64,000 nucleotides of DNA from Spirochaetia bacterium (GTDB lineage: Bacteria > Spirochaetota > Spirochaetia > SZUA-6 > Bin103), in assembly GCA_965208575.1 (NCBI GenBank), contig CBDBOV010000001.1:288001-352000 (forward strand). The letters run 5' to 3'. A model generated the notes under the pieces. That model had not been told where the DNA came from and ran no database searches. It saw only the letters and a list, made by a program, of their open reading frames with translations. Positions 36,182 through 45,434 of the stretch are shown one piece after another; the first letter of the stretch is position 1; every line of letters begins with the position of its first letter. A program made the position numbers and the translations under genes.

Positions 36182-36565
36182 TCAGGGAAACACGATCCGC
36201 ACGGAGTTCCTGGTAATCCGTGCGATGTAGGGAGGGAACTGAGTGCTCAATATCTGGCGAATGCGTGAGTCATGCTTGCGGAGCAGCTTCGCTTGGTCCT
36301 GTCCCGAGATGTTGTTGCTCCGAAATGCGAAGTATCGGACCTGATGATCCTTGACCGCTTGCAACTCGACCTCCGCACGACGAACCCGGTTGTCGCCGCT
36401 CAACACTGCCCAACCCTTGCCGCCTGCCAGCGCCAACCAGTGCGAATCATCCTGCTCTTTGGGGCTGAAGTGGTCGGAGTGAAGTTCCACGCCGTACCCC
36501 AAGGCCGACAGCGCGGCAGGTATCGTGTACCTGCCGAGACAGCGATCAACGAGGAAGGTGTGAAT
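36182..36565 (-). CDS. VapC45-like PIN-domain toxin (probable ATT start)
   Basis: In-frame IHTFLVDRCLGRY...HSDHF...DDSHWLALAG..GWAVLSGD.RVR..E.E; the conserved N-terminal Asp lies upstream of the first canonical start (36502). Confidence 0.8.
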   Translation of the reverse strand: MHTFLVDRCLGRYTIPAALSALGYGVELHSDHFSPKEQDDSHWLALAGGKGWAVLSGDNRVRRAEVELQAVKDHQVRYFAFRSNNISGQDQAKLLRKHDSRIRQILSTQFPPYIARITRNSVRIVFP

Positions 36566-36576
36566 CGCTCGTCCTA

Positions 36577-37272
36577 CTAGGCGGCGGAGCGAATACCGCG
36601 AAGATCCTGCTCGAAGTGTATGGCCTCTCGGATCCGTTCAATCGGCATCTCGTAGTCGTGAGCGAGCGCGTCCACCTCATCCCCCGCCCGGTGACGCTGG
36701 TACAGAATTTCCGTTGGTATGCCGGTCCCAGTAAGACACGGTCTGCCGAACTGAATGGAAGGGTTGATTTCGATGGTCTGCGGCTCCGCCGATTCTACTT
36801 CGGCAGAAGGGAACGGGTAGAGCCTGCGAGCTTCCCCAGCCGGGTGTCTCTCTATTCTCTGCAGAGCAGCTCGGAGCACCTTGTCGAGGTGAATCTGCTT
36901 GTCGTGGTCACTGACGTTGGTCAACAGCCCCGACACGCGAGCAAACAGCTCGTACCCATCGGTGAGGATGTCTTGCTCCGCCAATGGATGCTTCGATTTC
37001 CATGATTCGGAGAGGATTTCTATGGCAATTCTTACCCGGTACAACGTCACGCGGTGACGCTTCCGTATCGAGTTGAGCACGTGAAGTTCGACCAGGTTGC
37101 GAAACGACAGCATCCGGTGCCTGGAGTCGTCCAGTTGCAGTACTGGCTGGAACTGTCCCCAGCCGGTCTTCGCGCCAAGAAACCAAGCTCGAACGGTAGC
37201 TACCGGAGCCCTAACGTAGCGCGCCGCATCGGCGAACGTGTACGCACCGAGGGTGGGCACTTCACGGGTCAC
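36577..37272 (-). CDS. VapB45-like antitoxin (HTH + DUF433)
   Basis: YTFADAARY...TVRAW; LSFRNLVELHV; INPSIQFGRPCL.GTGIPT...AGD....LAHDY...AIHFE. Confidence 0.88.
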   Translation of the reverse strand: MTREVPTLGAYTFADAARYVRAPVATVRAWFLGAKTGWGQFQPVLQLDDSRHRMLSFRNLVELHVLNSIRKRHRVTLYRVRIAIEILSESWKSKHPLAEQDILTDGYELFARVSGLLTNVSDHDKQIHLDKVLRAALQRIERHPAGEARRLYPFPSAEVESAEPQTIEINPSIQFGRPCLTGTGIPTEILYQRHRAGDEVDALAHDYEMPIERIREAIHFEQDLRGIRSAA

Positions 37273-37404
37273 AGGCGGCGCCTTTCGTCATTTCCGGTCA
37301 TGCGAATTCTCCAACGGGCACCTGTTCCGTGGTGTCGGTGTGCCTCCCACCCATGTTGCCGATCGTACTGCCGTCCATCAGGCAGGTCAATTGACAAGGA
37401 GATT

Positions 37405-37761
37405 CTACGAACTCGACTCCATCACGTCCTGGAAGCGGACGAAGCCGTGCGCCTCGTAGAATCGTCGGGCGTCGTGGTTGTCCGTGTACACGTGGAGTTC
37501 GATGCGCTCCGCTCCTCGCCGCGCGGCCTCGGCCCGGATTCTGTTGATCAGAAGCGCGCCGATCCCCCGCCGGCGGTGCGTGCCGGACACCGCCATCTGG
37601 TCGACCATGAGCGACCGGCTGGCATACCGAAACGGATTCTCTGCCCTCACGGAGTCACACACCATGGCGTACCCGACGCAGACGCCCTGGAGGCGGGCCA
37701 CGAGCAATTGGAAGAGCTCGGTCGAGGGTATTGCCCTGCCCTTCCCGCCGAAGCGTTCCAA
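37405..37761 (-). pseudogene. GNAT acetyltransferase, probably N-terminally truncated
   Basis: Motif A (VSGTHRRRGIG) and motif B (N.DARRFYEAHGF) present; only 118 aa with an atypical N-terminus. Confidence 0.6.
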
Positions 37762-37836
37762 CGGGCGCGGTCACGCAACGCCGCCGCCGGCGAGCGGGTG
37801 GCGCGCAGGCCGGCGGCGTTGCGGACCGGAATCCGG

Positions 37837-40080
37837 CTACGAGCCGTTGGACGCCTTGTGGGTGAGGATGCCTGCCAGTACGCGGTCCGGGGACATCGGC
37901 ACCTGGCGCAGGCGCACGCCGGTGGCGTCGGCGATGGCGTTGGCCACCGTCGCCAGCGGCGCCACGATGGCGTTCTCGCCCACGCCGCGCACGCCGTACG
38001 GGTGCTTGGGGTTGGGCACCTCCACCACCACGGTGTCGATCATCGGCAGGTCGAGGGCCACCGGCATGCGGTAGTCCAGGAAGCCGGCGTTCTCCATCAC
38101 CCCCTGCTCGTTGTAGAAGTAGCCTTCGTTGAGCGCCCAGCCGATGCCCTGGGCGGCGCCGCCCTGGAACTGGCCTTCCACGTAGCTCTTGTGCAGCGCG
38201 CGGCCGGCGTCCTGGCACACGGTGTAGCGCACCACGTCCACCTTGCCGGTGTCCTGGTCCACCTCCACGTCGCAGATGTGGGTGCCGAACGCCGGCGCCG
38301 CGAAGCGCGCGTTGATCGCCGCCTCGGCGCCGAGCGGACCGCCGGTCTGCGACGAGCTCCCGGCCAGGTCGCGCAGCGACAGCGGCTCCTCGGAGCCATT
38401 GCTGCCGCCGTTGCAGTGGGCGGCGCCGTCCTGCCAGGTGACCCGCTCCTTGTCCACCTCCCACACTTGGGCGGCGCGATCGCGCAGCAGGTCGATCAGT
38501 CTCTTGGCGGCTTCGTGGATCGCCATGCTGCTGGCGTAGGCGGTGCTGCTGCCCTCCGAGATGCCGTTCATGCCGACCGTGTCGGAGTCGCCGATGGAGG
38601 GGTTGATCTCGTCCACCGGGATGCCGAGTTCCTCGGCCAGGACCATGGCCTGGGCGGCGCGCGAGCCGCCGATGTCGGGGCGCCCGGTGATCAGCGACAC
38701 GCGCCCGTCGGGCAGCACCGAGATGTTGGCGGTGGCGTCGCCGCCGATGTTCATCCAGAACCCGCTGGCGACGCCGCGGCCCTGGTTCGGGCCGAGCGGT
38801 GCGCTGTAGTGCGGATGCGCCTTGGCGGCCTCGAGCGTCTCGACCATGCCGATTTGCGGGTAGACGGGGCCGTAGGCGGCCTTGGTGCCCTCCTTGGCGG
38901 CGTTCTTGAGGCGGAACTCGATCTTGTCCATGCCGATTTGCTCGCAGATCTCGTCGATGATGCTCTCGGTGGCGTGCGCGGCGTTGGGCGCCAGCGGGGC
39001 GCGGTAGGGGCGCATGAACGGCTTGTTGACCAGCACGTTGTAGCCCTTGATGTGGTAGTTCGCGACCTCGTAGGGGGCGGTCAGGCACATCATGCCCAGT
39101 CCCATCAGCGGCCCCGGGTAGCTGCCCGACTCGTACCACAGGTCGGCGTCCACGGCGGTGATGCGGCCGTCCCTGGTGGCGCCCATCTTGAGGCGGATGT
39201 GGCTGCCGGGGGCGGGGCCGCTGGAGGTGAACACCTCCTCGCGCGTCATCACCATCTTCACCGGGCGGCCGGTCTTCTCCGCCATCAGGATTGCCACCGG
39301 CTCCAGGAACACGGTGGTTTTGCCGCCGAAGCCGCCGCCGATCTCGGCGGGAATGGTCTTGATGCGCGACGGCGCGATGCCGAGCTGGCCGGCGGTCAGG
39401 TCGCGGATCGCGAAGTGGCCCTGGCTGGACACCCACAGCAGCACGTTGCCGTCCTCGCCCCAGCGCGCGACGCAGGCGTGCGGTTCGATGTAGCCCTGGT
39501 GGATGGTGGCGCTGTCGAACTCGTGCTCGATGATTACGTCGGCGGCGGCGAAACCCGCCTCCACGTCGCCGGCGTCGAACACGTTGGTGGTGGAGATGTT
39601 GGACGGCGGCGCCGCCTCGTCGCCGTCGGTGCGCAACTCGGGGTCGATGATCACGTTGCCCTGCGCCGCCTCCCACACGTCGGTCACGCACGGCAGCACC
39701 TCGTAGTCGACCTCGATCAGGCCGAGCGCCTGGTCGGCGATGGTGGGCGTGGCGGCCGCCACCGCGGCGACCGGCTGGCCCTGGTAGCGCACGTGGCCGC
39801 GGCACATCACCACGTTGGCGCTCACCTCGCTCGGCGTCTCGGACGGAAAGTCGTCCCCGGTCACCACCGCGAACACGCCGGCGAGCCCCTCCGCGGCGCT
39901 GGTGTCGATGGAGCGGATGCGCGCGTGCGCGTGCGGGCTGCGCAGCACCTTGCCGTGCAGCATGCCGGGCAGGTGGAAGTCGGCGCCGTAGTTGGCGCGC
40001 CCGGTCACCTTGTCCACGCCGTCGTGACGCACGGGCCGCGTGCCCAGCACCTTGTATTTCGCGGTTTTCGTATCGCTCAT
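37837..40080 (-). CDS. Xanthine dehydrogenase/aldehyde oxidase family molybdopterin-binding large subunit
   Basis: DKVTGRA.Y, LRSPHAHARI, HQGYIEPH, IGGGFGGK, PYRAP, GVRGVGE; ATG 40080. Confidence 0.93.
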   Translation of the reverse strand: MSDTKTAKYKVLGTRPVRHDGVDKVTGRANYGADFHLPGMLHGKVLRSPHAHARIRSIDTSAAEGLAGVFAVVTGDDFPSETPSEVSANVVMCRGHVRYQGQPVAAVAAATPTIADQALGLIEVDYEVLPCVTDVWEAAQGNVIIDPELRTDGDEAAPPSNISTTNVFDAGDVEAGFAAADVIIEHEFDSATIHQGYIEPHACVARWGEDGNVLLWVSSQGHFAIRDLTAGQLGIAPSRIKTIPAEIGGGFGGKTTVFLEPVAILMAEKTGRPVKMVMTREEVFTSSGPAPGSHIRLKMGATRDGRITAVDADLWYESGSYPGPLMGLGMMCLTAPYEVANYHIKGYNVLVNKPFMRPYRAPLAPNAAHATESIIDEICEQIGMDKIEFRLKNAAKEGTKAAYGPVYPQIGMVETLEAAKAHPHYSAPLGPNQGRGVASGFWMNIGGDATANISVLPDGRVSLITGRPDIGGSRAAQAMVLAEELGIPVDEINPSIGDSDTVGMNGISEGSSTAYASSMAIHEAAKRLIDLLRDRAAQVWEVDKERVTWQDGAAHCNGGSNGSEEPLSLRDLAGSSSQTGGPLGAEAAINARFAAPAFGTHICDVEVDQDTGKVDVVRYTVCQDAGRALHKSYVEGQFQGGAAQGIGWALNEGYFYNEQGVMENAGFLDYRMPVALDLPMIDTVVVEVPNPKHPYGVRGVGENAIVAPLATVANAIADATGVRLRQVPMSPDRVLAGILTHKASNGS

Positions 40081-40362
40081 GTGTTTCCTCCGAAGACGTC
40101 CGAAGACGGTTGCCGATAGTGGCTTGCTTGCCGGCAGGGTAGACGAAACCGGGACTGTTCGACAACCGCTGCCGTCCGCACCCGCCTGGTCCGTTGCGGG
40201 GATCGCGTTTCCGCAACGCCGGCGATGCGGCCGGCGCGGGGGCAGTATGGCAGGCTGTCGGCTCCAGGAGCGCCTTCCTCGACTTCGACCGTGTCGGAGT
40301 TGCGGAACGACGGAACAGGGAGAGTGGCCGTTCCTGCTTGCTCGGTCTATACTGGCCGGTAC

Positions 40363-41382
40363 ATGGAGCCGGCTACCCCCCACAGCGGTCATTCTGCGCT
40401 TGACCCGCAATCCAGCGCTCCGGGAGCGGAGGCTGCCCCGCCGGGCGGGGTGCTGGCGAGGCCGGCCTTGAGCGTGGCGCGTGCCGCCACGGTCCGGGCG
40501 GCAGGGGTAGCCGCTCCGCCGCCGCCGCTGAACGTCGACATCGAATCTCTGGTAACCGAGGATGATACGCCGGTGGACAACATGCCCTCCGAGAAACAGC
40601 AGCGCCTGCTCACCGAGCCGCTGTACAGTTCGTGGGCCGGTCCGGGGGGCGGGCGCGCGTTTGTGGCGGCTGCCAACGTCGGCGTGTTTCCGGAGCCGCG
40701 CAACCCGGCGATCGTGCCGGACGTGTTCCTGAGCCTGGACGTGCAGGTGCACGAGAACTTCTGGGAGAAGAGGCACCGCTCCTACTTCGTGTGGGAGTTC
40801 GGCAAGCCGCCGGACCTGGTGGTGGAGATCGTGTCGAACCAGAAAGGCAACGAGGTTGGCAGCAAGCGGCTCAGGTACGCACGCATGGGTGTGGCTTACT
40901 ACGTGATCCACGATCCGTTTCACCGCGTGATGCGGGACGACCTGCGCGTGTACCGGTTGCGCGGCGGGCGCTACCAACGCCAGCAGTCGCCGCGGTTCCC
41001 GGAGCTGCGGCTGGGCATGCGCCTGTGGGAGGGCGAGTTCGAGGGCGTGTGGTGGAACTCGTGGCTGCGCTGGACGGACGAGCACGACGTGTTGATACCG
41101 ATGGGCAAGGAGCGCGCCGAGCACGCGGAGCACCTGGTGGTGGAGGAAAGCCGCCGTGCCGAGCAGGAAAGCCGGCGCGCTGAGGAGGAAAGCCGCCGTG
41201 CCGAGCAGGAAAGCCGGCGCGCTGAGCAGGAAAGCCGCCGTGCCGAGCAGGAAAGCCGGCGCGCTGAGGAGGAACACCGGCGCGCTGAGGAGGAACACCG
41301 GCGCGCCGAGGAGGAACACCGGCGCGCCGAACGCCTGGCGGCCTTGCTGCGCCGGTCGGGCATCGACCCCGAGCAGGCGTGA
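40363..41382 (+). CDS. Uma2 (DUF820) nuclease-like protein with heptad-repeat coiled-coil tail
   Basis: TEDDTPVDN, IVPDVFLSLDV, WEFGKPPDLVVEIVS, YYVIHDP, WLRWTD, LRRSGIDP; start uncertain. Confidence 0.88.
   Translation: MEPATPHSGHSALDPQSSAPGAEAAPPGGVLARPALSVARAATVRAAGVAAPPPPLNVDIESLVTEDDTPVDNMPSEKQQRLLTEPLYSSWAGPGGGRAFVAAANVGVFPEPRNPAIVPDVFLSLDVQVHENFWEKRHRSYFVWEFGKPPDLVVEIVSNQKGNEVGSKRLRYARMGVAYYVIHDPFHRVMRDDLRVYRLRGGRYQRQQSPRFPELRLGMRLWEGEFEGVWWNSWLRWTDEHDVLIPMGKERAEHAEHLVVEESRRAEQESRRAEEESRRAEQESRRAEQESRRAEQESRRAEEEHRRAEEEHRRAEEEHRRAERLAALLRRSGIDPEQA
41143..41331. repeat. Intragenic 21-bp tandem repeat x9 (AE(Q/E)E(S/H)RR)
   Basis: GAG(C/G)AGGAA(AG/CA)CCG(C/G)CG(T/C)GC(C/T) units. Confidence 0.95.
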
Positions 41383-41659
41383 GCGGCGGGTATTCCGCCG
41401 CCGATGGGGTGCTGTTTCCGAGAGCGGCTTGACCGGTGAGGGGGGCCGTGGGAGAGTCAGCGTCATGAAGGTGCAGACGGTACGCAAGGAACCACGTGCG
41501 CGCGGCGTACGCCGGTGAATCTCGCGCCGCGCCGCATCGTCTTGGCGTCCTTGCCGGGGCACACCGGACTGTGTCGCAGGCGTGCCCGTAGAGAGTGAGC
41601 AAGGGCCGGCAAACCACCGCAACCAACTCTCGCAGGTCAATAGGAAGGAGAGGATCTTC

Positions 41660-43405
41660 ATGAGGATTTCCGCATTCGAGAAAGTGATCGTGGCCGGACT
41701 GCTGTTGAGCCTTGCCGCGATGCCGCTGTGGGCAGCCGCGGCGGGCGAGGAGGGAACGGCGGCGGCCTCGGGAGCGCCCGGCGAGCCGCAGTACGGCGGC
41801 ACGCTCACCGTGGTCACGTTCAAGACGCACGACGAGAGCGTGAGATGGGACGCAACGCTCGGCAAGTACGTGACCAACACCTTCCAGAGTCCCTTCTCCG
41901 AGAGCCTCCTGGTAGGAGACGTGGACACGCACGGGCCGCGCGGCTCCGGCGAGTACAAGTTCGGCGTCATCGAGTTTGTCCCGCTGCAGTTTACGCGCGG
42001 TCAGCTTGCCGAGAGCTGGGAGATCACCAGCGATCCTCCCGGCATCGTCTTCCACATCCGTCCGGGCGTGATGTGGACCGGTAACGAGCACATCGGCATG
42101 GAGCCGAGGGAGTTCGTTGCCAGCGACGCGGTCCATCACCTGGAGCGGTTCCGGAACAGCAGCCACGCCTCCGACTACTACTATATCGACAAGGTGTACG
42201 CGGACGGAGACCACCGCTTCGTGGTCGAATTCAACCAGGGATACTCGTTCTGGCCGTTCGATCTCGGCTACGGCACGTTCGCTCACCACGTGGCGCCGGA
42301 AACGTTCGACGCACCGGGCGGCATCCAGGATTGGCAGAACCAGGTGGGAACCGGTCCCTACATCCTGGCCGACTTCGTGCAAGGGTCCACCGTCGCGTTC
42401 GTCAAGAACCCGAACTACTGGGACACGACGACCATCGACGGCACGGAGTACCAGTTGCCGTTCACGGACGAGTTCGTGCTGCCGTTGATCGCTGACGAGT
42501 CCACGCGGCTGGCCGCCCTGAGGACCGGCAAGATCGACTGGGACACGAACCTGAACGTGGTCAGCGAGGCGACCCTGGATCGGACCAGTCCGGAACTGAT
42601 CAAGTACCGGCATGCGCGTGCCTCCATCTACCAGGTCGGCTTCAACACGACGAGAGCACCGTTCAACGACATCAACGTGCGGCGGGCGATGCACCTCGGC
42701 ACCGACCAGCACACGGTGGCGAAGAACTTCTTCCAGGAGTACGACCTGCATGCTCATCCGCTGCGCGAGGACGCCGCCGGCCTGTTCGTGCCGTTCGAGG
42801 AACTGCCGGAATCGAGCCGCGAGCTGTACACCTACGATCCCGAGCGGGCAAAGAAAATGCTCGCCGACGCCGGCTATCCAGACGGCTTCAAGACGACCCT
42901 GAATACGGCTGACATTCTCGGCTGGCCCACCCTGGCGGCAGCGGTCAAGGACCAGTGGTCCAAGATCGGCGTCGAGGCGGAGGTGATCGTCCACGAGGGA
43001 GCGGCGCTGTGGCCGATGCTCAACCCCGCGGACGAGGCGGACCGGTACAAGGGCACCCTGGTGTTCGGTAACGGCAACACGATGATCCCGTTCCACCTTT
43101 CCAAGTGTGCCGGCGAGCACACCTACGCGGTAACCGGATTGGACGATCCCGAGTACAGCGAACTGTTCGCCGCGGCCATGGCGGAAATGGACTACGACAA
43201 GATGGCGGCGATGGGGCGCGAACTGTTCACCAGGTGCATTGCAACGGCCACCATCATGCCGCTCGGCGACGGCCACGACATCACCTACGCGTGGCCGTGG
43301 GTCAAGAACTACTTCGGCGAGATCGAAACCGGCTTCGTGAGCGTCGGGCCGATCGGCGCACGCATCTGGCTCGACCAGGCGCTGAAGAAGGAAATGGGAT
43401 ACTAA
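41660..43405 (+). CDS. ABC transporter substrate-binding protein, family 5 (Dpp/Opp-like)
   Basis: AAGGAG RBS, signal peptide, PQYGGTL, LAESWE, VGTGPY, RLAALRTGKID, PFNDINVRRAM, YDPERAKKMLADAGYPDGF. Confidence 0.93.
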   Translation: MRISAFEKVIVAGLLLSLAAMPLWAAAAGEEGTAAASGAPGEPQYGGTLTVVTFKTHDESVRWDATLGKYVTNTFQSPFSESLLVGDVDTHGPRGSGEYKFGVIEFVPLQFTRGQLAESWEITSDPPGIVFHIRPGVMWTGNEHIGMEPREFVASDAVHHLERFRNSSHASDYYYIDKVYADGDHRFVVEFNQGYSFWPFDLGYGTFAHHVAPETFDAPGGIQDWQNQVGTGPYILADFVQGSTVAFVKNPNYWDTTTIDGTEYQLPFTDEFVLPLIADESTRLAALRTGKIDWDTNLNVVSEATLDRTSPELIKYRHARASIYQVGFNTTRAPFNDINVRRAMHLGTDQHTVAKNFFQEYDLHAHPLREDAAGLFVPFEELPESSRELYTYDPERAKKMLADAGYPDGFKTTLNTADILGWPTLAAAVKDQWSKIGVEAEVIVHEGAALWPMLNPADEADRYKGTLVFGNGNTMIPFHLSKCAGEHTYAVTGLDDPEYSELFAAAMAEMDYDKMAAMGRELFTRCIATATIMPLGDGHDITYAWPWVKNYFGEIETGFVSVGPIGARIWLDQALKKEMGY

Positions 43406-43439
43406 AGGCCTTTCTTGCAGGACAAGGGAATCTTGATCG

Positions 43440-43475
43440 AGAAGGGGTGGGGCCGCGCGTCTCGCCCCTTCTTTG
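43440..43475 (+). terminator. Stem-loop after the SBP gene (attenuator or mRNA stabiliser)
   Basis: AGAAGGGGTGGGGC...GTCTCGCCCCTTCT followed by TT. Confidence 0.5.
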
Positions 43476-43502
43476 CAATGCTTTGATCACCGAGGAGTCG
43501 GC

Positions 43503-44513
43503 GTGCGTGTCTACCTGATCCGAAGACTGCTGCTCACCATTCCCACCCTGTTCATTGCGAGCATCATCGTGTTCCTGTCGGTTCGCTTCATACCGGGCGA
43601 CGTCGTGGACGTGATGATGATGCGGGCGCAGACCGGCATGTCGGAAGAGACCCGGGCGGCGATACGGCGCGACCTGGGACTGGATACGCCGATCCACATC
43701 CAGTACGGCCGTTGGCTGGGCGTCCTTCCGCAGCACGATGCACCGTCGGACGCGGGTGTCGGGAACGCCAGGTTCAATGGGGTGTTGCAGGGCAACGTCG
43801 GCACTTCGCTGTGGACCGGGGTGCCGGTGTTGGAGGCGCTCAAACGCAGGCTGCCGGTTACCGTCGAGCTGAGCTTGATGGGCCTGGTCCTGGGCCTGCT
43901 GATAGCGATGCCGATCGGCATGTATTCGGCCCTGCGCCAGGACACGATCGGAGACTATATCGCACGCAGCATTGCGATGGCGTTTATCGCCGTTCCCTAC
44001 TTCTGGATCGGGATCCTGGTGGTGGTGTTCGGATCGTTGTGGTTCCGGTACATGCCGCCCTTGCGGCTCGTTCCCTTTGTCGAGGATCCGCTCGGCAACC
44101 TGGGACAGTTCATCGTACCGGCCATCGTCCTCGGCATGGTGCTGTCGGGGTGGACCATGAGACTGACCCGGACAATGATGCTGGAAGTACTGAGGCAGGA
44201 CTACGTCAGGACGGCGTGGGCCAAGGGGCTGCGGGAGCGGGCGGTGGTGCTGCGCCATGCGCTGAAGAACTCGCTCATCCCGGTGGTCAGCCTGATCGGT
44301 CTGCAGTTGCCCCTGTTGTTCGGGGGCACGGTCGTGATAGAACAGATATTTCTGCTGCCGGGCGTCGGCCGCTACACGGTGGAGGCCACCATCAGCCGGG
44401 ACTACCCGGTGATCAGCGGAGTGCTGCTCCTGTTCGGCGCCACCGTCGTGCTGGCCAATCTCCTGATCGACCTGAGCTACGGCTTCCTGGACCCGCGGAT
44501 TCGCTATGAGTAG
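43503..44513 (+). CDS. ABC permease, DppB-like
   Basis: YLIRRLL...PGDVVD...RLPVTVEL...QDYVRTAWAKGL...DPRIRY. Confidence 0.93.
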   Translation: MRVYLIRRLLLTIPTLFIASIIVFLSVRFIPGDVVDVMMMRAQTGMSEETRAAIRRDLGLDTPIHIQYGRWLGVLPQHDAPSDAGVGNARFNGVLQGNVGTSLWTGVPVLEALKRRLPVTVELSLMGLVLGLLIAMPIGMYSALRQDTIGDYIARSIAMAFIAVPYFWIGILVVVFGSLWFRYMPPLRLVPFVEDPLGNLGQFIVPAIVLGMVLSGWTMRLTRTMMLEVLRQDYVRTAWAKGLRERAVVLRHALKNSLIPVVSLIGLQLPLLFGGTVVIEQIFLLPGVGRYTVEATISRDYPVISGVLLLFGATVVLANLLIDLSYGFLDPRIRYE

Positions 44514-45432
44514 TGGGACGGTGGCCGGCAAGCGGCCGCGCGGCCTGCTGGCGGACAGCGCGGTGCGGCTGGTGCGCGAGAAGCCGCTGGGTACCGTGGG
44601 TGCGGCAATCACGCTGGTGTTCCTGCTGATGGCGGTATTTGCCGACGTCCTGGCGCCGTACGGCATGAACGAGGGCACGCCGACCAACCTGACGCCGCCG
44701 TCGGCGGAGTTCTGGCTGGGTACGGATGAGTTGGGGCGCGACGTGTTCAGCAGGGTCGTGATCGGCGCCCGCATCTCGATGGGAATGGGGCTGGCGGCGA
44801 GCGCGGTGAGCATCGTCATTTCGGTGGCGATCGGCCTGGTCAGCGGCTACGTCGGCGGCAAGTTCGACATCATCGTGCAGCGGTTCGTGGATGCCTGGAT
44901 GTCGCTGCCGGGCCTGATCTGGATGATGGTGGTGCTGTCGATCGTGGGCCGCGGCGTGGTGCCGATCGTGGTCGTGCTGTCGCTGGTGCTCGGCGTCGGC
45001 GGTTCCCGGATCATCCGGGGAGCGGTGATCAGCGCCAAGGAGAACGTCTACGTGGCGGCGGCGCTGGCGATCGGCTCCCGTACCGACCGGGTCCTGTTCC
45101 GGCACATTGTGCCGGGCATCATGGCGCCGATCATCATGCTGTTTTCGGTACGCGTGCCGGATGCGATCCTGATCGAGGCGGCGTTGAGCTTCCTCGGTTT
45201 CGGCATGCCGCCGCCGTATCCGAGCTGGGGCAGCATGCTGTCCGGCAGCGCGCGCCAGTACATGTTCGTGGCCCCGTGGATGGCCCTGTGGCCGGGCGTG
45301 GCCCTGGCGCTGGTGGTGTATGGTGTGAACATCTTCGGCGATGCCCTGCGCGACATACTGGACCCGCGCATGCGGGGCGGGAGCGGACGCTTCGGCGTGC
45401 GCGCGAAGAAGTTGTCCGGCAAGAGGAGGTGA
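44506..45432 (+). CDS. ABC permease, DppC-like
   Basis: LGTDELGRDVFSR, EAALSFLGFG, PSWGSML, GDALRDILDPR. Confidence 0.93.
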   Translation: MSSGTVAGKRPRGLLADSAVRLVREKPLGTVGAAITLVFLLMAVFADVLAPYGMNEGTPTNLTPPSAEFWLGTDELGRDVFSRVVIGARISMGMGLAASAVSIVISVAIGLVSGYVGGKFDIIVQRFVDAWMSLPGLIWMMVVLSIVGRGVVPIVVVLSLVLGVGGSRIIRGAVISAKENVYVAAALAIGSRTDRVLFRHIVPGIMAPIIMLFSVRVPDAILIEAALSFLGFGMPPPYPSWGSMLSGSARQYMFVAPWMALWPGVALALVVYGVNIFGDALRDILDPRMRGGSGRFGVRAKKLSGKRR

Positions 45433-45434
45433 AC

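Noticed and set aside
37310-37767. TCCAACGGGC repeated on both sides of the GNAT fragment, as integron attC sites
   Set aside because: No complementary R''/L'' arms could be built and there is no integron integrase; a 10-bp match may be chance.
37837-41970. 1377-aa ORF in the ORF track as one giant fusion protein
   Set aside because: Only the part from ATG 40080 is the Xdh subunit; the upstream part is the antisense shadow of the Uma2 and SBP genes.
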